DNA of 64,000 nucleotides from Candidatus Latescibacterota bacterium (GTDB lineage Bacteria; Latescibacterota; UBA2968): NCBI GenBank assembly GCA_965198115.1, contig OZ240241.1, positions 3,584,001 to 3,648,000 of the forward strand, read 5' to 3'. Shown piece by piece: positions 9,971 to 20,172 of this stretch (position 1 is its first letter; each line of letters starts with the position of its first letter). The notes under the pieces were generated by a model. It saw only the letters and a program-made list of their open reading frames with translations, ran no database searches and was not told where the DNA came from. The position numbers and the translations under genes were made by a program.

Positions 9971-11035
9971 ATGCCCGAAGCGAACATTGTATCCATCCGT
10001 GAGTACCTGGGTGGAGATGCGGATACCTTGCTCAATCACAAAGCCATCGTGACATCCGATGGCCTGGCTCTGCCCGGACCCGACTTCGTCGAGCGGGTCT
10101 TTCTGGATTCCGATCGACCCATCCCTGTTTTGAACAGCCTGCAGCGATTGTACAGCACGGGCCGCCTGTCTGGAACCGGCTACGTATCGATTCTGCCGAT
10201 CGATCAGGGCATCGAGCATTCGGGTGGTGCGTCTTTCGCGCCGAACCCGATCTATTTCGATCCTGAAAACATCGTCAACCTCGCCATCGAAGGCGGATGC
10301 AACGCCGTCGCGTCGACCCTCGGCGTTCTCGGAATCGTCGCACGCCGTCACGCCCACCGGATACCCTTCATCCTCAAATTCAACCACAACCAGCTTCTCA
10401 CGTATCCGAGCCAATACGATCAGATCTTCTTCGCCCAGATCGAACAGGCCTGGAACCTGGGCGCCGCTGGCGTCGGCGCGACGATCTACTTCGGCTCTCC
10501 CGAATCGAATCGCCAGATCACCGAAGTCAGCGAAGCCTTCGCACGCGCACACGAACTCGGAATGTTCACCGTCCTCTGGTGCTACCTGCGCAACAGCGCC
10601 TTCAAACCCGCCGACATCGACTACCACGAAGCCGCCGACCTCACCGGCCAGGCCAACCACCTGGGCGTGACGATCGGCGCAGACATCATCAAACAGAAGC
10701 TACCCACCAACAACGGCGGATTCACGGCGATCGACTTCGGACGCACGCACGACAAAGTCTACAGCGACCTCAGCAGCGACCACCCGATCGACCTGTGTCG
10801 TTACCAGGTCGTCAACTGCTATATGGGAAAGGCGGGTCTGATCAACTCGGGGGGCGCATCGTCCGGTGCGAGCGACTATGCGGAAGCCGTGATGACCGCC
10901 GTCGTCAACAAACGCGCAGGCGGCACGGGTCTCATCTCCGGGCGGAAAGCCTTCCAACGCCCGATGGCGGAGGGCATCGAACTCCTCAACGAAATCCAGA
11001 ACGTCTATCTCTGCGAGGACGTCACCATCGCTTAG
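9971..11035 (+). CDS. fbaB: Class I fructose-bisphosphate aldolase
   Basis: [45 protein letters not shown]. Confidence 0.95.
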   Translation: MPEANIVSIREYLGGDADTLLNHKAIVTSDGLALPGPDFVERVFLDSDRPIPVLNSLQRLYSTGRLSGTGYVSILPIDQGIEHSGGASFAPNPIYFDPENIVNLAIEGGCNAVASTLGVLGIVARRHAHRIPFILKFNHNQLLTYPSQYDQIFFAQIEQAWNLGAAGVGATIYFGSPESNRQITEVSEAFARAHELGMFTVLWCYLRNSAFKPADIDYHEAADLTGQANHLGVTIGADIIKQKLPTNNGGFTAIDFGRTHDKVYSDLSSDHPIDLCRYQVVNCYMGKAGLINSGGASSGASDYAEAVMTAVVNKRAGGTGLISGRKAFQRPMAEGIELLNEIQNVYLCEDVTIA

Positions 11036-11126
11036 GGCGACTTCGCCACCTTCGAGTTGCCAGTGTTCCTGGAAGCCCCTGTTCTCCAGGGGAACCAGTT
11101 GTCAGTCGTCAAGCAGAACGCACAAA

Positions 11127-11151
11127 GGGCTCCCGAACATCTCGGGAGCCC
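11127..11151. terminator. Hairpin between convergent genes
   Basis: GGGCTCCCGA-acatc-TCGGGAGCCC. Confidence 0.6.
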
Positions 11152-11262
11152 GTGTTCTTACGCTACTTTCTTCAACCTATCCGCGGAATCGGATCAGTTT
11201 CTCCCCGAATAGGGCCTGGAACACGGGTTCGACCACTCTCCGTGTCCTCAGTGGTCGCCTTT

Positions 11263-12690
11263 TTACCCTTTCCGCCGCCGCCGCCGCTCCCGCTTCTTCG
11301 GTTTCGGCATAAACTTCTCTACCCGCTCGGTAATCGTGTCGGCTGTGTAGGGCTTGACGATGTAGTCGTTCGCCCCTTCCTGGACAGCCTCGATCACCGT
11401 TTCGTTGTCCGTCAGTGACGTGAGCATCACGACGGGTATGTTGGCCAGCACCGAGTTTTCGCGAATCTTCTTGAGGGCCTCGATCCCGTTCATGGCCGGC
11501 ATCATAATGTCGAGCATAATCATCCCGGGCGGTTCCTTGCGCGCGAGGTCGTAGGCCTCGTAGCCGTTCGTCGCTTCAACCGGAATGTAGCCGAGCTTTT
11601 TAATCACGAAACAGAGTGCTCGTCGACTCGCGATCGAGTCTTCAGCCACGAGGATCCTGTTCGACTCGATCGGAGCGGCAGGAGCCGCCTGCTCCTGTAA
11701 CGGGTTGCCGCAGTTGCTGCAGAACTTGCTATCGGGAGGGTTCTCCGTGTTACACTTCGGACACTCGACGGGCCCCTTTGGAACCTCCTCGACTTTTGCG
11801 GCCGGAGCTTCGGCACCCGGCGCAATGTCGATCGAGAAAGCCTCCTCCACGTGCCTTGCCGGTTCCACGATAGAACCGAGCAACTCGTCGACGGTCGCCT
11901 CATCGAACCCGAAGTATTCCTTTGCCCGGTTGTCGAGGTCTTCTCGTGACTCGCCCGCGCCGTCGTCCAGCAGAACCGAAACGAGCACACTCGACAGGTT
12001 AATGACCTGCAGGATCGTCTTGATCCCACCTGCCGGTGTCTTGTCGGATTCGTAAAAGTGATGGCTGAGGACGACGTCCCCCAGGAGCTTGGGGAGTTTC
12101 CACTTGCGACACAGGAGCGCACCGATCTTTGCGTGGTCGACACCGACCGACTCCTGCTCGGCCAGGACCATATGCATCTTCTGACCCTTGGAGACGCCCA
12201 GAGCCGATCCGTATTCGAGCGGTTTATACTGCACGAAGAACAGGATACCAATGTCCTGCAGGAGACCGACCGTGAACACGTCGGCAGGCAGGTCCGACGG
12301 CAGCTTGGACGTAATCGCGGCAGATGCGACGCCGTAACAGATGGACCGTTCCCAGAACCTGGCGTGATCGAACGGCCCCCCCGGTTCAGTCGGAAAGTGC
12401 GAAAGCAAGTCGAGACCGACGGCCAGGTTGCACATTTTCTTGTAGCCCAGAAGCTGGATGGCCTGCTCGATGCTACCGACCCTTTCCGCCAGTTTATAGA
12501 AGCCGGAGTTCACGACCTCGAGCATCTTGCCCTCGAGCGCCGAGTCCGACCCGACACGATCCGCGACCTCCTGGACCGGGGCGCTCAGATCGGACGTGAG
12601 CTGCGCGATCTCCGCTGCGGTAGAACTGAGTTTTGGAAAATCTTCCGCCTGATTGATCAGGTGGACGACTTCCTCGTCGGTCATCGCCAT
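11263..12690 (-). CDS. HDOD domain + zinc ribbon + C-terminal response-regulator receiver
   Basis: VNSGFY, FWERS, GLLQDIG, DHAKIG, SHH (HDOD); CPKC...CSNC; ILVAEDS, LDIMMP, DYIVKP (receiver). Confidence 0.88.
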   Translation of the reverse strand: MAMTDEEVVHLINQAEDFPKLSSTAAEIAQLTSDLSAPVQEVADRVGSDSALEGKMLEVVNSGFYKLAERVGSIEQAIQLLGYKKMCNLAVGLDLLSHFPTEPGGPFDHARFWERSICYGVASAAITSKLPSDLPADVFTVGLLQDIGILFFVQYKPLEYGSALGVSKGQKMHMVLAEQESVGVDHAKIGALLCRKWKLPKLLGDVVLSHHFYESDKTPAGGIKTILQVINLSSVLVSVLLDDGAGESREDLDNRAKEYFGFDEATVDELLGSIVEPARHVEEAFSIDIAPGAEAPAAKVEEVPKGPVECPKCNTENPPDSKFCSNCGNPLQEQAAPAAPIESNRILVAEDSIASRRALCFVIKKLGYIPVEATNGYEAYDLARKEPPGMIMLDIMMPAMNGIEALKKIRENSVLANIPVVMLTSLTDNETVIEAVQEGANDYIVKPYTADTITERVEKFMPKPKKRERRRRRKG

Positions 12691-12708
12691 TGAACCGTCC
12701 CGCTCCGA

Positions 12709-13149
12709 CTACGACTTGACGAGCTGCTGGCCATCGAAGATCAGCTTCTCGCCCTCGTAAATGCATCCCGTTTCTTCGTCCAGGTGATACTTCATCAACT
12801 GTCCGATCGACAGATGATTGAAGACCTCCTTGGGATCCTTATACTTCTCGATCAGCTTGTCGATCGGCCCTTCGAACTCGATCTTTCGCCGTTTGGGCCT
12901 GCCCTTCTGCTTCTGTTCGATTTCCTCAGCCGACATAATGGGAAGCCGCTCCGAGGTCGGGCCGAGCCGACTGGCAAACTCCTGCTTGCGACGGTACCGA
13001 TCGTGTCGCAATTCACTCGGCGTCAGATCCTCGTCTTCGTTCGCGAGGGAGTCCGCCTCGTCCATCTTTTTGTTCCAGCGGTCCCGCTCGCTCTCCTTGA
13101 GCTGATCGTCCCCCGCTTTTCGCAGAATGTCCTTCAACGGATCACTCAC
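12709..13149 (-). CDS. Hypothetical charged protein
   Basis: 146-aa ORF, GGAGG RBS, coding-like composition, directly upstream of the HDOD gene. Confidence 0.7.
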   Translation of the reverse strand: MSDPLKDILRKAGDDQLKESERDRWNKKMDEADSLANEDEDLTPSELRHDRYRRKQEFASRLGPTSERLPIMSAEEIEQKQKGRPKRRKIEFEGPIDKLIEKYKDPKEVFNHLSIGQLMKYHLDEETGCIYEGEKLIFDGQQLVKS

Positions 13150-13152
13150 GCC

Positions 13153-13545
13153 TCAATCCTCCACCGTGGCAAAAAAACCAAAAGCCCCGCACGAGATCCG
13201 GTAGGGTTGGACCGTGCAGGGCATAATCTCGATGCGATTCGTAGGACGGGTATTGTTAAGCATCGCTAATGGTTTGAGAATAAGGTGGGGAGGGCCTTTG
13301 TCAACGGGAATTTCCGCCGCAAGCCCGAAGATATCTAGGTACTTACGTACCCGTTCGTCCAGATTCGGGGCTTCGATCATCCTGCAGATCTCGTCCGCCT
13401 GATACTGACGGCAGACATCGGGCCGGTCTTCGTAAATCGCGCAAAGCAGGTCATCGGTTAAGTGGGGGCACCGTGCCCCCACGGGCTTACCCAGCCCGGC
13501 GATGTCGGGGGCCACACAGCAAGCCCCACACCGGGTGCATTCCAT
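13153..13545 (-). CDS. YkgJ family cysteine-cluster protein
   Basis: CTRCGACC...CPHL...CAIYEDRPDVCRQY. The C-terminal tail past about 13310 runs through regulatory DNA and may be spurious. Confidence 0.8.
   Translation of the reverse strand: MECTRCGACCVAPDIAGLGKPVGARCPHLTDDLLCAIYEDRPDVCRQYQADEICRMIEAPNLDERVRKYLDIFGLAAEIPVDKGPPHLILKPLAMLNNTRPTNRIEIMPCTVQPYRISCGAFGFFATVED
13171..13304 (-). promoter_or_regulatory. Promoter + short leader + intrinsic terminator ahead of the 12709..13149 gene
   Basis: TTGACA-16-TATTCT (13304-13277); stem GCCCTGCACG/CGTGCGGGGC followed by TTTTGGTTTTTTT. Confidence 0.55.
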
Positions 13546-13585
13546 CGAATTCTGACCGACCGGAGAGCCCATCCTGGCCCATTCA

Positions 13586-13614
13586 TTGACGTCGTGGTCT
13601 GCGCCGCCTACATT
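13586..13614 (+). promoter_or_regulatory. Sigma70-type promoter for mazG
   Basis: TTGACG-17 nt-TACATT. Confidence 0.55.
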
Positions 13615-13682
13615 GGCTGGCCGTTCAAAATATACGAAATTTTCCTCGTTTCCTTCTCAAATGACCCTCGACGGAGCGGAAA

Positions 13683-14459
13683 ATGTCCGAATTCGAACGT
13701 CTGGTCGACCTGATGGCCAGACTCAGAGCCCCTGACGGCTGTCCCTGGGACCGGGAGCAGACCCACGACACCCTCAAGCCCTACCTGATCGAAGAGGCTT
13801 ACGAGGTGCTCGATGCCATCGACTCAGGCGATCACACCCAGCTCGTCAACGAACTGGGCGACGTCCTACTCCAAGTCGTTTTTCACGCACAGGTCGCACA
13901 CGAGGGTGGTCGATTCGAGATCGAAGATGTCGCGAAGGCGATCTCCGACAAACTCGTGCGGCGCCACCCTCACGTCTTCGGCGACGTCGAAGCCAAGGAT
14001 GCGGATGAAGTCCTGAAGAACTGGGAACAGATCAAATCGGAAGAACGTCACGAAAAGGGTCAGGATAGCCCATCGATTCTGGAGGGGATTCCACGCCACT
14101 TGCCTGCGCTTCTCCGTGCCGAGCGCATTCAGAAAAAGGTAGCCCGCGTGGGGTTCGATTGGGACAACACCGAAGAAATCGCCGTAAAGGCACGGGAAGA
14201 GGTCGAGGAATTCATCGAAGCCCTATCTTCCGAAGATCAGGAGCGGATGATCGACGAACTGGGTGATATTCTGTTTTCGATCGTCAATCTCGCCCGCTTT
14301 GTTGGCCTCTCACCGGAAGAAGCCCTGACGCGAACGAACGCGAAGTTCATCGAACGCTTCCGCTACATCGAAAAAGAACTGCAAGAACGTGGAACGACGC
14401 CGGAGGCTTCAACGCTCGAAGAGATGGACAAGCTTTGGGAGCAGTCGAAATCGGCTTGA
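13683..14459 (+). CDS. mazG: Nucleoside triphosphate pyrophosphohydrolase
   Basis: GCPWDREQT, EEAYEV, ELGD twice, RRHPHVF, GFDW. Confidence 0.96.
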   Translation: MSEFERLVDLMARLRAPDGCPWDREQTHDTLKPYLIEEAYEVLDAIDSGDHTQLVNELGDVLLQVVFHAQVAHEGGRFEIEDVAKAISDKLVRRHPHVFGDVEAKDADEVLKNWEQIKSEERHEKGQDSPSILEGIPRHLPALLRAERIQKKVARVGFDWDNTEEIAVKAREEVEEFIEALSSEDQERMIDELGDILFSIVNLARFVGLSPEEALTRTNAKFIERFRYIEKELQERGTTPEASTLEEMDKLWEQSKSA

Positions 14460-14466
14460 AGAACCT

Positions 14467-15414
14467 TCAGTCGGACCAGACACTTCGCTCCAGCACCGTG
14501 ACGGCCGCCATCAGATCCTGGGCAGCTAAACCGGAGAGGTAACAGATAGTCCCGGTTCCCCTCCATTCAGCCAATCGGTCCAACGCGGCGTCCCCGACCG
14601 TCGGCGCATCATCCGGTAGCACCTCAGGCCTATCCGCGAAATCACCCGACACACGCGCCTGCGCGACGTGGTCGGGCACTATCCGGCGAGACTTCAATAC
14701 GTCAGGCGAGACCTGGACAGACCGGGGATCTCCCGCCACAACCGAGAGATGCGTCCGCACATTCAGATGTCGGTCCAAAATCACGGGAGTCGGCGTGGGC
14801 ATGGCCGTAAACACCGCATCGGCTCCCTCCGTCGCTTCGTCGATGGACAGCACTGCTTTTACCGGCGTCGACAGGCCGGAGAGTCGATCGACGAACGCCC
14901 GGCGACGATCCTCACTCCGACTCGTCACACGAACCTGCTCACAGCCGAGTTTCTCATCGATGCACCGAACGATCCATTCCGCAATCCTCCCCGTACCGAC
15001 GACCGCAGCCGTGTCGACCGAATCCGGTCCCAGATAGCACGCACCCAGCACCGCGGCGGCCCCGGTCCGACCATTCGTGATCGCCTCCGCCGCAACGGTC
15101 GCCCGCCGCCCCGTTTCGAGATCTTCCAGCTCGATGACCGCCGTTCGCCCACCCAGTCGTCCGCTCGTCTCGCTGGATCGCTCTTCGATGATCTTCCGCC
15201 CCCGATAACGTCCTGCCCATTCTGCGGGCATATCGAGACGGAAAACCTCGACGTCTCCGGATCTCTCCACAGATATTTCTCGCTCCGGGTTGATCAGATC
15301 GCCCTGACCGTAGAGACGGAATGCCCGGTCACACGCGTCCAGGTAGTCTGCCGTCGACAGGATCTCTTGAACGGACTCCTCTGTCACCGTCACGCCGTTG
15401 GACGAATCTATCAT
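14467..15414 (-). CDS. Ornithine cyclodeaminase / mu-crystallin family protein
   Basis: ITNGRTGAA, VVGTGRIA, SGLAAQD. Confidence 0.8.
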   Translation of the reverse strand: MIDSSNGVTVTEESVQEILSTADYLDACDRAFRLYGQGDLINPEREISVERSGDVEVFRLDMPAEWAGRYRGRKIIEERSSETSGRLGGRTAVIELEDLETGRRATVAAEAITNGRTGAAAVLGACYLGPDSVDTAAVVGTGRIAEWIVRCIDEKLGCEQVRVTSRSEDRRRAFVDRLSGLSTPVKAVLSIDEATEGADAVFTAMPTPTPVILDRHLNVRTHLSVVAGDPRSVQVSPDVLKSRRIVPDHVAQARVSGDFADRPEVLPDDAPTVGDAALDRLAEWRGTGTICYLSGLAAQDLMAAVTVLERSVWSD

Positions 15415-16037
15415 CCGGCGTCCACCACCGGCATCAGAATACCGGTTTCATCCCCGAGCATCGTTCCCCGTCCTTCAAGGAACCATCGACCCGCAAGGGC
15501 GCCGCTCGCCGCGTCCAGTTCGTGGTCATTCGCCGTCTTCCTGAGCCCTCTCAACCCGAGTCGACGCAGTCCTTTGAGCAGCCCTTCCAGATCGTGCTGC
15601 TTTCTGGGAATACCCCACACATCCTGCGCACCCCCAGGATAACATTCCACCGCTCGAAACCCCATCTGATCCATCTGCTCTTTCAGCTGGATTCCTCGCT
15701 CGGTCAGCATCCGCATCGGCCCCAAGGTGATCGGAAAAAAACGAATCCCCATCTGCTGCAAAGCCCGATCGCACGGCCGCAGGTGTTCCCCATTCCGGTC
15801 ATCCAGCGTCTTTCGTCCTGGAGGCAAGGTAAGCGGTGCATCCATCGGCACCAGCACGGGCGCGTGCGACTCCACGAGCTCGAGCAACTCATCATCCTCG
15901 TAGACCGTCGACACGCACGCCTGATTCCCATCCAGCACGCAAACCCCCGTCGGCCGCTTCGGAGATCCAGCAAGATCAACTCCGAGAATGATGCTCTCTG
16001 ATTTCTTAGCTTCTTTCATATTGACCCATTGCGCCAC
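15411..16037 (-). CDS. DUF429 family (RNase H-like predicted nuclease)
   Basis: GVDLAG...TG, MDAPL, RPCDRAL, VECYP, HELDA. Confidence 0.8.
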   Translation of the reverse strand: MAQWVNMKEAKKSESIILGVDLAGSPKRPTGVCVLDGNQACVSTVYEDDELLELVESHAPVLVPMDAPLTLPPGRKTLDDRNGEHLRPCDRALQQMGIRFFPITLGPMRMLTERGIQLKEQMDQMGFRAVECYPGGAQDVWGIPRKQHDLEGLLKGLRRLGLRGLRKTANDHELDAASGALAGRWFLEGRGTMLGDETGILMPVVDAG

Positions 16038-16403
16038 CGCTCACCCTGAGACATCACGGGACCGATGGCGCCACCATCATTGCTTCTCAGTGCAGGTTAT
16101 ATCGAAGGGCGAGCGGTGGCAAATTACCGATCGTCCTTCGATATGGCGATCGATCACTTCTGCTATGGGGCACCGCTCTGAGCGAGACGCCTACTCAGGA
16201 TGATCGGTCGGCACTACCAGCCCGGTTGGCAGTGGCCAACCTACCGCACCCCATCGAATTCAGCAAGCCACGTACGTTATCTCATCCGAATGTCTCCCAG
16301 CCTTGGTGGTGTTTCTTCGCGTCTTCGCGCCTTCGTGTTGCCTTGGTCTCTTAGTAGTCGTTACCTTACGGCTCGCTTCGCAGATCACGTCTTCGGAGGA
16401 CGT

Positions 16404-17558
16404 ATGAAGATCACGCACGCCGAGACATTCATCGCTGGAAACCCTTGGAAAAACTGGCTTTTCACGAAAGTTCATACCGACGAGGGCATCACGGGCGTCG
16501 GCGAAGGGACAATCAACGCCTTCGCCAAAACCGTCGAAGCGGCCGTCCACGAACTCGAATCGATGTATGTGGGAATGGACCCGTTCCAAGTCGAACGCAT
16601 CGTCCAAAGAATGTATCGTGACGTCTACAGTGACGGCGGCCAGGTTCACAAACACGCCGTCTCGGCCATCGAAGTCGCGTGTTGGGACATCATCGGAAAA
16701 AGCCTCGACGTCCCGTGCTGGAAGCTCCTGGGCGGTCAGGTACGACAGAGCGTCAAGGCCTACGCCAATGGCTGGTATCGCGGCGATCGCACACCCGAAA
16801 ACTTCCACTCGCTCGCAAAAGGCGTCGTCGGACGTGGCTACAAAGCCCTCAAGTTCGATCCCTTCGGCTCCGCCTACCAGATCACCGACAACGACGACGA
16901 GGCCCTTGTCATCGACATCATCGCCGCCGTGCGTGACGCCGTCGGTCCGAGCGTCGACATCCTGATCGAAGGCCACTGTCGCTTCAACACGTCGACCGCC
17001 CTCAAGTTCGCTCGCAAGATGGAGCCCTACAATCCGACCTGGTTCGAGGAACCAACACCCCATCACAAGATCGACGCGCTGATCGAAGTCGCGCGCGCTT
17101 CTCCTGTCCCGATCGCCACCGGCGAAAGCCTCCACACGAAGTACGAATTCGCCGAACTCCTCAAACACGACGTCGTGCACATCCTCCAACCCGAGCCTCT
17201 CGCGTGCGGCGGTCTCTGGTCGTGCCGAAACATCTGTGATATGGTTGACGCCCACTACGGCGTCGTCGCGCCCCATAATGCACAGGGTCCGGTCTGTACC
17301 GCGCTCTGTATGCAGCTCGCCGCGTGCACGCCTAACCATTTCATCCAGGAAATCTTCGACGAGTTCAACGTCGAATGGGAGAAGGAACTCCTGACAGGCC
17401 ACCACTACGAAGTCAAGGATGGTTATATCGACGTTGCTCACGCGCCCGGACTTGGAATCGACCTGAACATCGAAGAGATTCAGAAGCATCCCTACGCGGA
17501 AAGCAATTATCTACCTCTGTTCAAGGACGGGTGGGAACGACGTGAGGGAGAGGCATAG
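16404..17558 (+). CDS. Mandelate racemase / galactonate dehydratase-like enolase-superfamily enzyme
   Basis: AYANGWY, ALKFDPFG, IEGH, FEEP, ATGE, APHN. ATG after GGAGG at 16404. Confidence 0.9.
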   Translation: MKITHAETFIAGNPWKNWLFTKVHTDEGITGVGEGTINAFAKTVEAAVHELESMYVGMDPFQVERIVQRMYRDVYSDGGQVHKHAVSAIEVACWDIIGKSLDVPCWKLLGGQVRQSVKAYANGWYRGDRTPENFHSLAKGVVGRGYKALKFDPFGSAYQITDNDDEALVIDIIAAVRDAVGPSVDILIEGHCRFNTSTALKFARKMEPYNPTWFEEPTPHHKIDALIEVARASPVPIATGESLHTKYEFAELLKHDVVHILQPEPLACGGLWSCRNICDMVDAHYGVVAPHNAQGPVCTALCMQLAACTPNHFIQEIFDEFNVEWEKELLTGHHYEVKDGYIDVAHAPGLGIDLNIEEIQKHPYAESNYLPLFKDGWERREGEA

Positions 17559-17778
17559 CGGACGGTGGGCTGTCGGCGGTGGGCTGTGAGAGACGGCGAC
17601 GCCCTCTTTGCCGGTGGGAGCGGACTCTGTCCACGAACAGACAGGAATAGTGATCACGCAGCAAAACGGCCTGTCACCCCGGTGCCCTTCTTGGCGGGGG
17701 CCATTCTGATCTTCACCGGAGAGGCTACACGAGACAGAGGATCGTCCCGCCCTTAACACAGAATAGAAGGATGAGGAA

Positions 17779-18105
17779 ATGCTGCTCACAACACCAACCA
17801 TCCAGAACGCGACCATCACTACCTATCACGGTCTCGTCAGCGGTGAAGCCATCCTCGGAGCGAACGTCTTTCGAGACCTGTTTGCAGGCATCCGCGACAT
17901 TGTCGGTGGTCGATCGGGTGCCTATGAAGAAGAGCTTCGCCGCGCCAAAGACATCGCCGTCGAGGAAATGGTGCAACAGGCGCAGTCCCTCGGCGCCAAT
18001 GCCGTCATCGGCGTCGACCTGGACTACGAGACGATCGGAGGTGGCACGGGGAATATGCTGATGGTCAGCGCGAGTGGAACCGCGATAGTGTTCGAAGAAA
18101 ACTAA
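17779..18105 (+). CDS. YbjQ / UPF0145 family protein
   Basis: [41 protein letters not shown]. Confidence 0.92.
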   Translation: MLLTTPTIQNATITTYHGLVSGEAILGANVFRDLFAGIRDIVGGRSGAYEEELRRAKDIAVEEMVQQAQSLGANAVIGVDLDYETIGGGTGNMLMVSASGTAIVFEEN

Positions 18106-18146
18106 CCACGGAGGACACGGAGTGGTGATGTCGCCGCTCTTGTCTT

Positions 18147-18956
18147 TTGCCTGAGCTTGAAACAGCCATCAGCGACGCGCGAGGCGTCGCACGTAGAGAC
18201 AACCACACCCTAAATGCTAAAACCGTTGAGGCTGTAGCAGCCGTACGCGAGGTGGCGAGTAACGACAAGGCCCGTCTCCAGACGCCGGAGTATGAACGAG
18301 ACGAGTATTTCGTGAACTGTGATGACGAGGGTCAGACGGTTCCGACACTCGAAGGCACCGAGGTCGAAACGCTATCCGCCGGCAAACATCCGTGGCTCAG
18401 GTCCGAAGGTGAGCATCTGCTCGTGAGTCGTTGGCTTGCGCACTTCATCGGCTTTCGCCATCGCGTGATCCATCTTTTCCTCGACCACCCCGATCATCCC
18501 GATTGCACGTTCGCGCAGATTCGCAGCCTGTTGAAGTACAATTCGCCGGGCAAGCTCGATATGCCGATCGGAGGTCACGTCACCGGCCTGGACGACTTTC
18601 GTTCATCCTTGTCTCGTGAGCTTCAGGAAGAGCTCGGTCTTGACATCGATCGCGATGTCGAGAGATTCCGCGAACTGGGCACGTTCAACATCGTTGAAGA
18701 CGACGATATGCCTGACCACATCGAAGTCGAACACGCCACGGTCTACCAGGGGACGATCACTGTAGACGCGATGCGCCGACTACAGTTTCAAAGCGATGAA
18801 GTCGGAGCATTGGCGCTGTTCAGAATCGATGAACTGGATCGATGGATCAGGGAACGACCGAAGGATGTGGGCGGAGGAATGCGGGAATCGTGGACGTACT
18901 ACGAAATGCGCCCCTTCGATACGGCTGCTTCGCAGCCTACTAAGGACAGTCACTGA
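18147..18956 (+). CDS. NUDIX hydrolase (IPP isomerase-like)
   Basis: HRVIHLF, GGHV...RELQEELG, EHATVY, SDEV. Confidence 0.75.
   Translation: MPELETAISDARGVARRDNHTLNAKTVEAVAAVREVASNDKARLQTPEYERDEYFVNCDDEGQTVPTLEGTEVETLSAGKHPWLRSEGEHLLVSRWLAHFIGFRHRVIHLFLDHPDHPDCTFAQIRSLLKYNSPGKLDMPIGGHVTGLDDFRSSLSRELQEELGLDIDRDVERFRELGTFNIVEDDDMPDHIEVEHATVYQGTITVDAMRRLQFQSDEVGALALFRIDELDRWIRERPKDVGGGMRESWTYYEMRPFDTAASQPTKDSH
18911..18948 (-). repeat. REP-like hairpin repeat family A, copy 1
   Basis: Reverse complement CTGTCCTTAGTA-GGCTGC-GAA-GCAGCC-GTATCGAAGGGG; matches copies at about 41616 and 52632. Confidence 0.8.
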
Positions 18957-19036
18957 GGACACGAGAAGGGCTGAGCCGCGGAGGACGCGGGTATGGCTGC
19001 CTCCACTATCATATGGACGCAGGCAAACTCGCAGGG

Positions 19037-19228
19037 TCACTTCGAGCGCGAGTCGAGAAGTCCCTCATTACCCGAATCACTTCGACGCGCACCCAGCCTT
19101 CGGAGAGTGACATTGGCGGCTTTACGATAATTCTCGAGGTCCACGCCCTTCACTGGCTGCCATTCCCCAGCCTCTATTGACCGCATCAAATCCGCTTCTT
19201 CGTTATCAAGAGGTTTAAAAGGCTCCAT
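19037..19228 (-). pseudogene. Truncated antitoxin-like ORF (N-terminus of CopG/BrnA-type antitoxins)
   Basis: LDNEEADLMRSIEAGEWQPV...YRKAANVTLRR. No C-terminal ribbon-helix-helix and no partner toxin seen. Confidence 0.45.
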
Positions 19229-19363
19229 CCACGCCTCTCTACTTTCTGTCTGTGGGTACAGAGTTCTGATACAAGTAGACGCATCTGACAAGGCTCTCGT
19301 GCCAAAAGTGGCCCCGGGGCCACTTTTTCAATAAAAAGACACAACTTATTGATAAATCTTCAC

Positions 19364-19849
19364 TTACTGATTCTTGATCAACTCGAGCAATAAATCAAGA
19401 GCGGCCTTCGTAAAGACCTCCATATTCGCCGCCCTATCCTCGCTCCTCGTCTCGATCGTAATCGCCTTGTCCGTCGCTCCCGATACACCAATACAACAGT
19501 GACCGGGCTCGTCGCCGTATCGATTCCCAGTCGGACCTGCAGCTCCCGTCTCCCCGATCCCCCAATCGGTCCCCAGCCGTTCGCGAGCGGCCGTGGCTAG
19601 AACGAGGGCGTGTGTCTCCGTCGACGCCCGCTCCTTCGCCATATCGTCATCCGAGATCCCCATCAGCGTCTGCTTTGAATCACCTGTGTAGCAAGTGCCT
19701 CCACCCTTAAAGTAGGCCGAGGCACCGGGCACTGCCAGTAACGCCGCAGAGATCAGGCCGCCGGACGATGATTCGGCGACCGCGACTGTCTGCTCTTTCT
19801 CTTTCAAGAGCGCGCCGACCTCGCTCCCCAACTGGTGCCAATCAGCCAT
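19364..19849 (-). CDS. CinA C-terminal / NMN deamidase family protein
   Basis: VAVAESSSGGLI, PGASAYF, ETGAAGP. Confidence 0.88.
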   Translation of the reverse strand: MADWHQLGSEVGALLKEKEQTVAVAESSSGGLISAALLAVPGASAYFKGGGTCYTGDSKQTLMGISDDDMAKERASTETHALVLATAARERLGTDWGIGETGAAGPTGNRYGDEPGHCCIGVSGATDKAITIETRSEDRAANMEVFTKAALDLLLELIKNQ

Positions 19850-20096
19850 ATCTATCCTTTTGATTGGTTGTGACGACAGTCACCATCATCAGGTACTCAT
19901 CCCACTGCACCGCACGGTACCTGGAAACAAAGGACGGGTCTGCCACGGGGTGGCGTAAATCGTCCCGGTTGAGAACACTCGATGTGGGCACCCGAATCTG
20001 CCCTTTTCTTCTCCGGGACCGTCTTTCACAGCGTCCTGTTTCTAAGGCACTTACACGTGCAGAAACCGTGGACTTTCTGGCCCTTCCGTGCACGTG

Positions 20097-20112
20097 AGGT
20101 ACCTGAATTGCT
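20097..20112 (+). promoter_or_regulatory. Possible sigma54 (-24/-12) promoter
   Basis: AGGTAC-CTGAA-TTGCT (GG-N10-GC), about 60 bp upstream of the 20173 ATG. Confidence 0.45.
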
Positions 20113-20172
20113 CAGATAGAGACCAACGTAAAGGCTGTTGACTCAATCGTCGTTTTCTGAAAGGAGGGTGAA

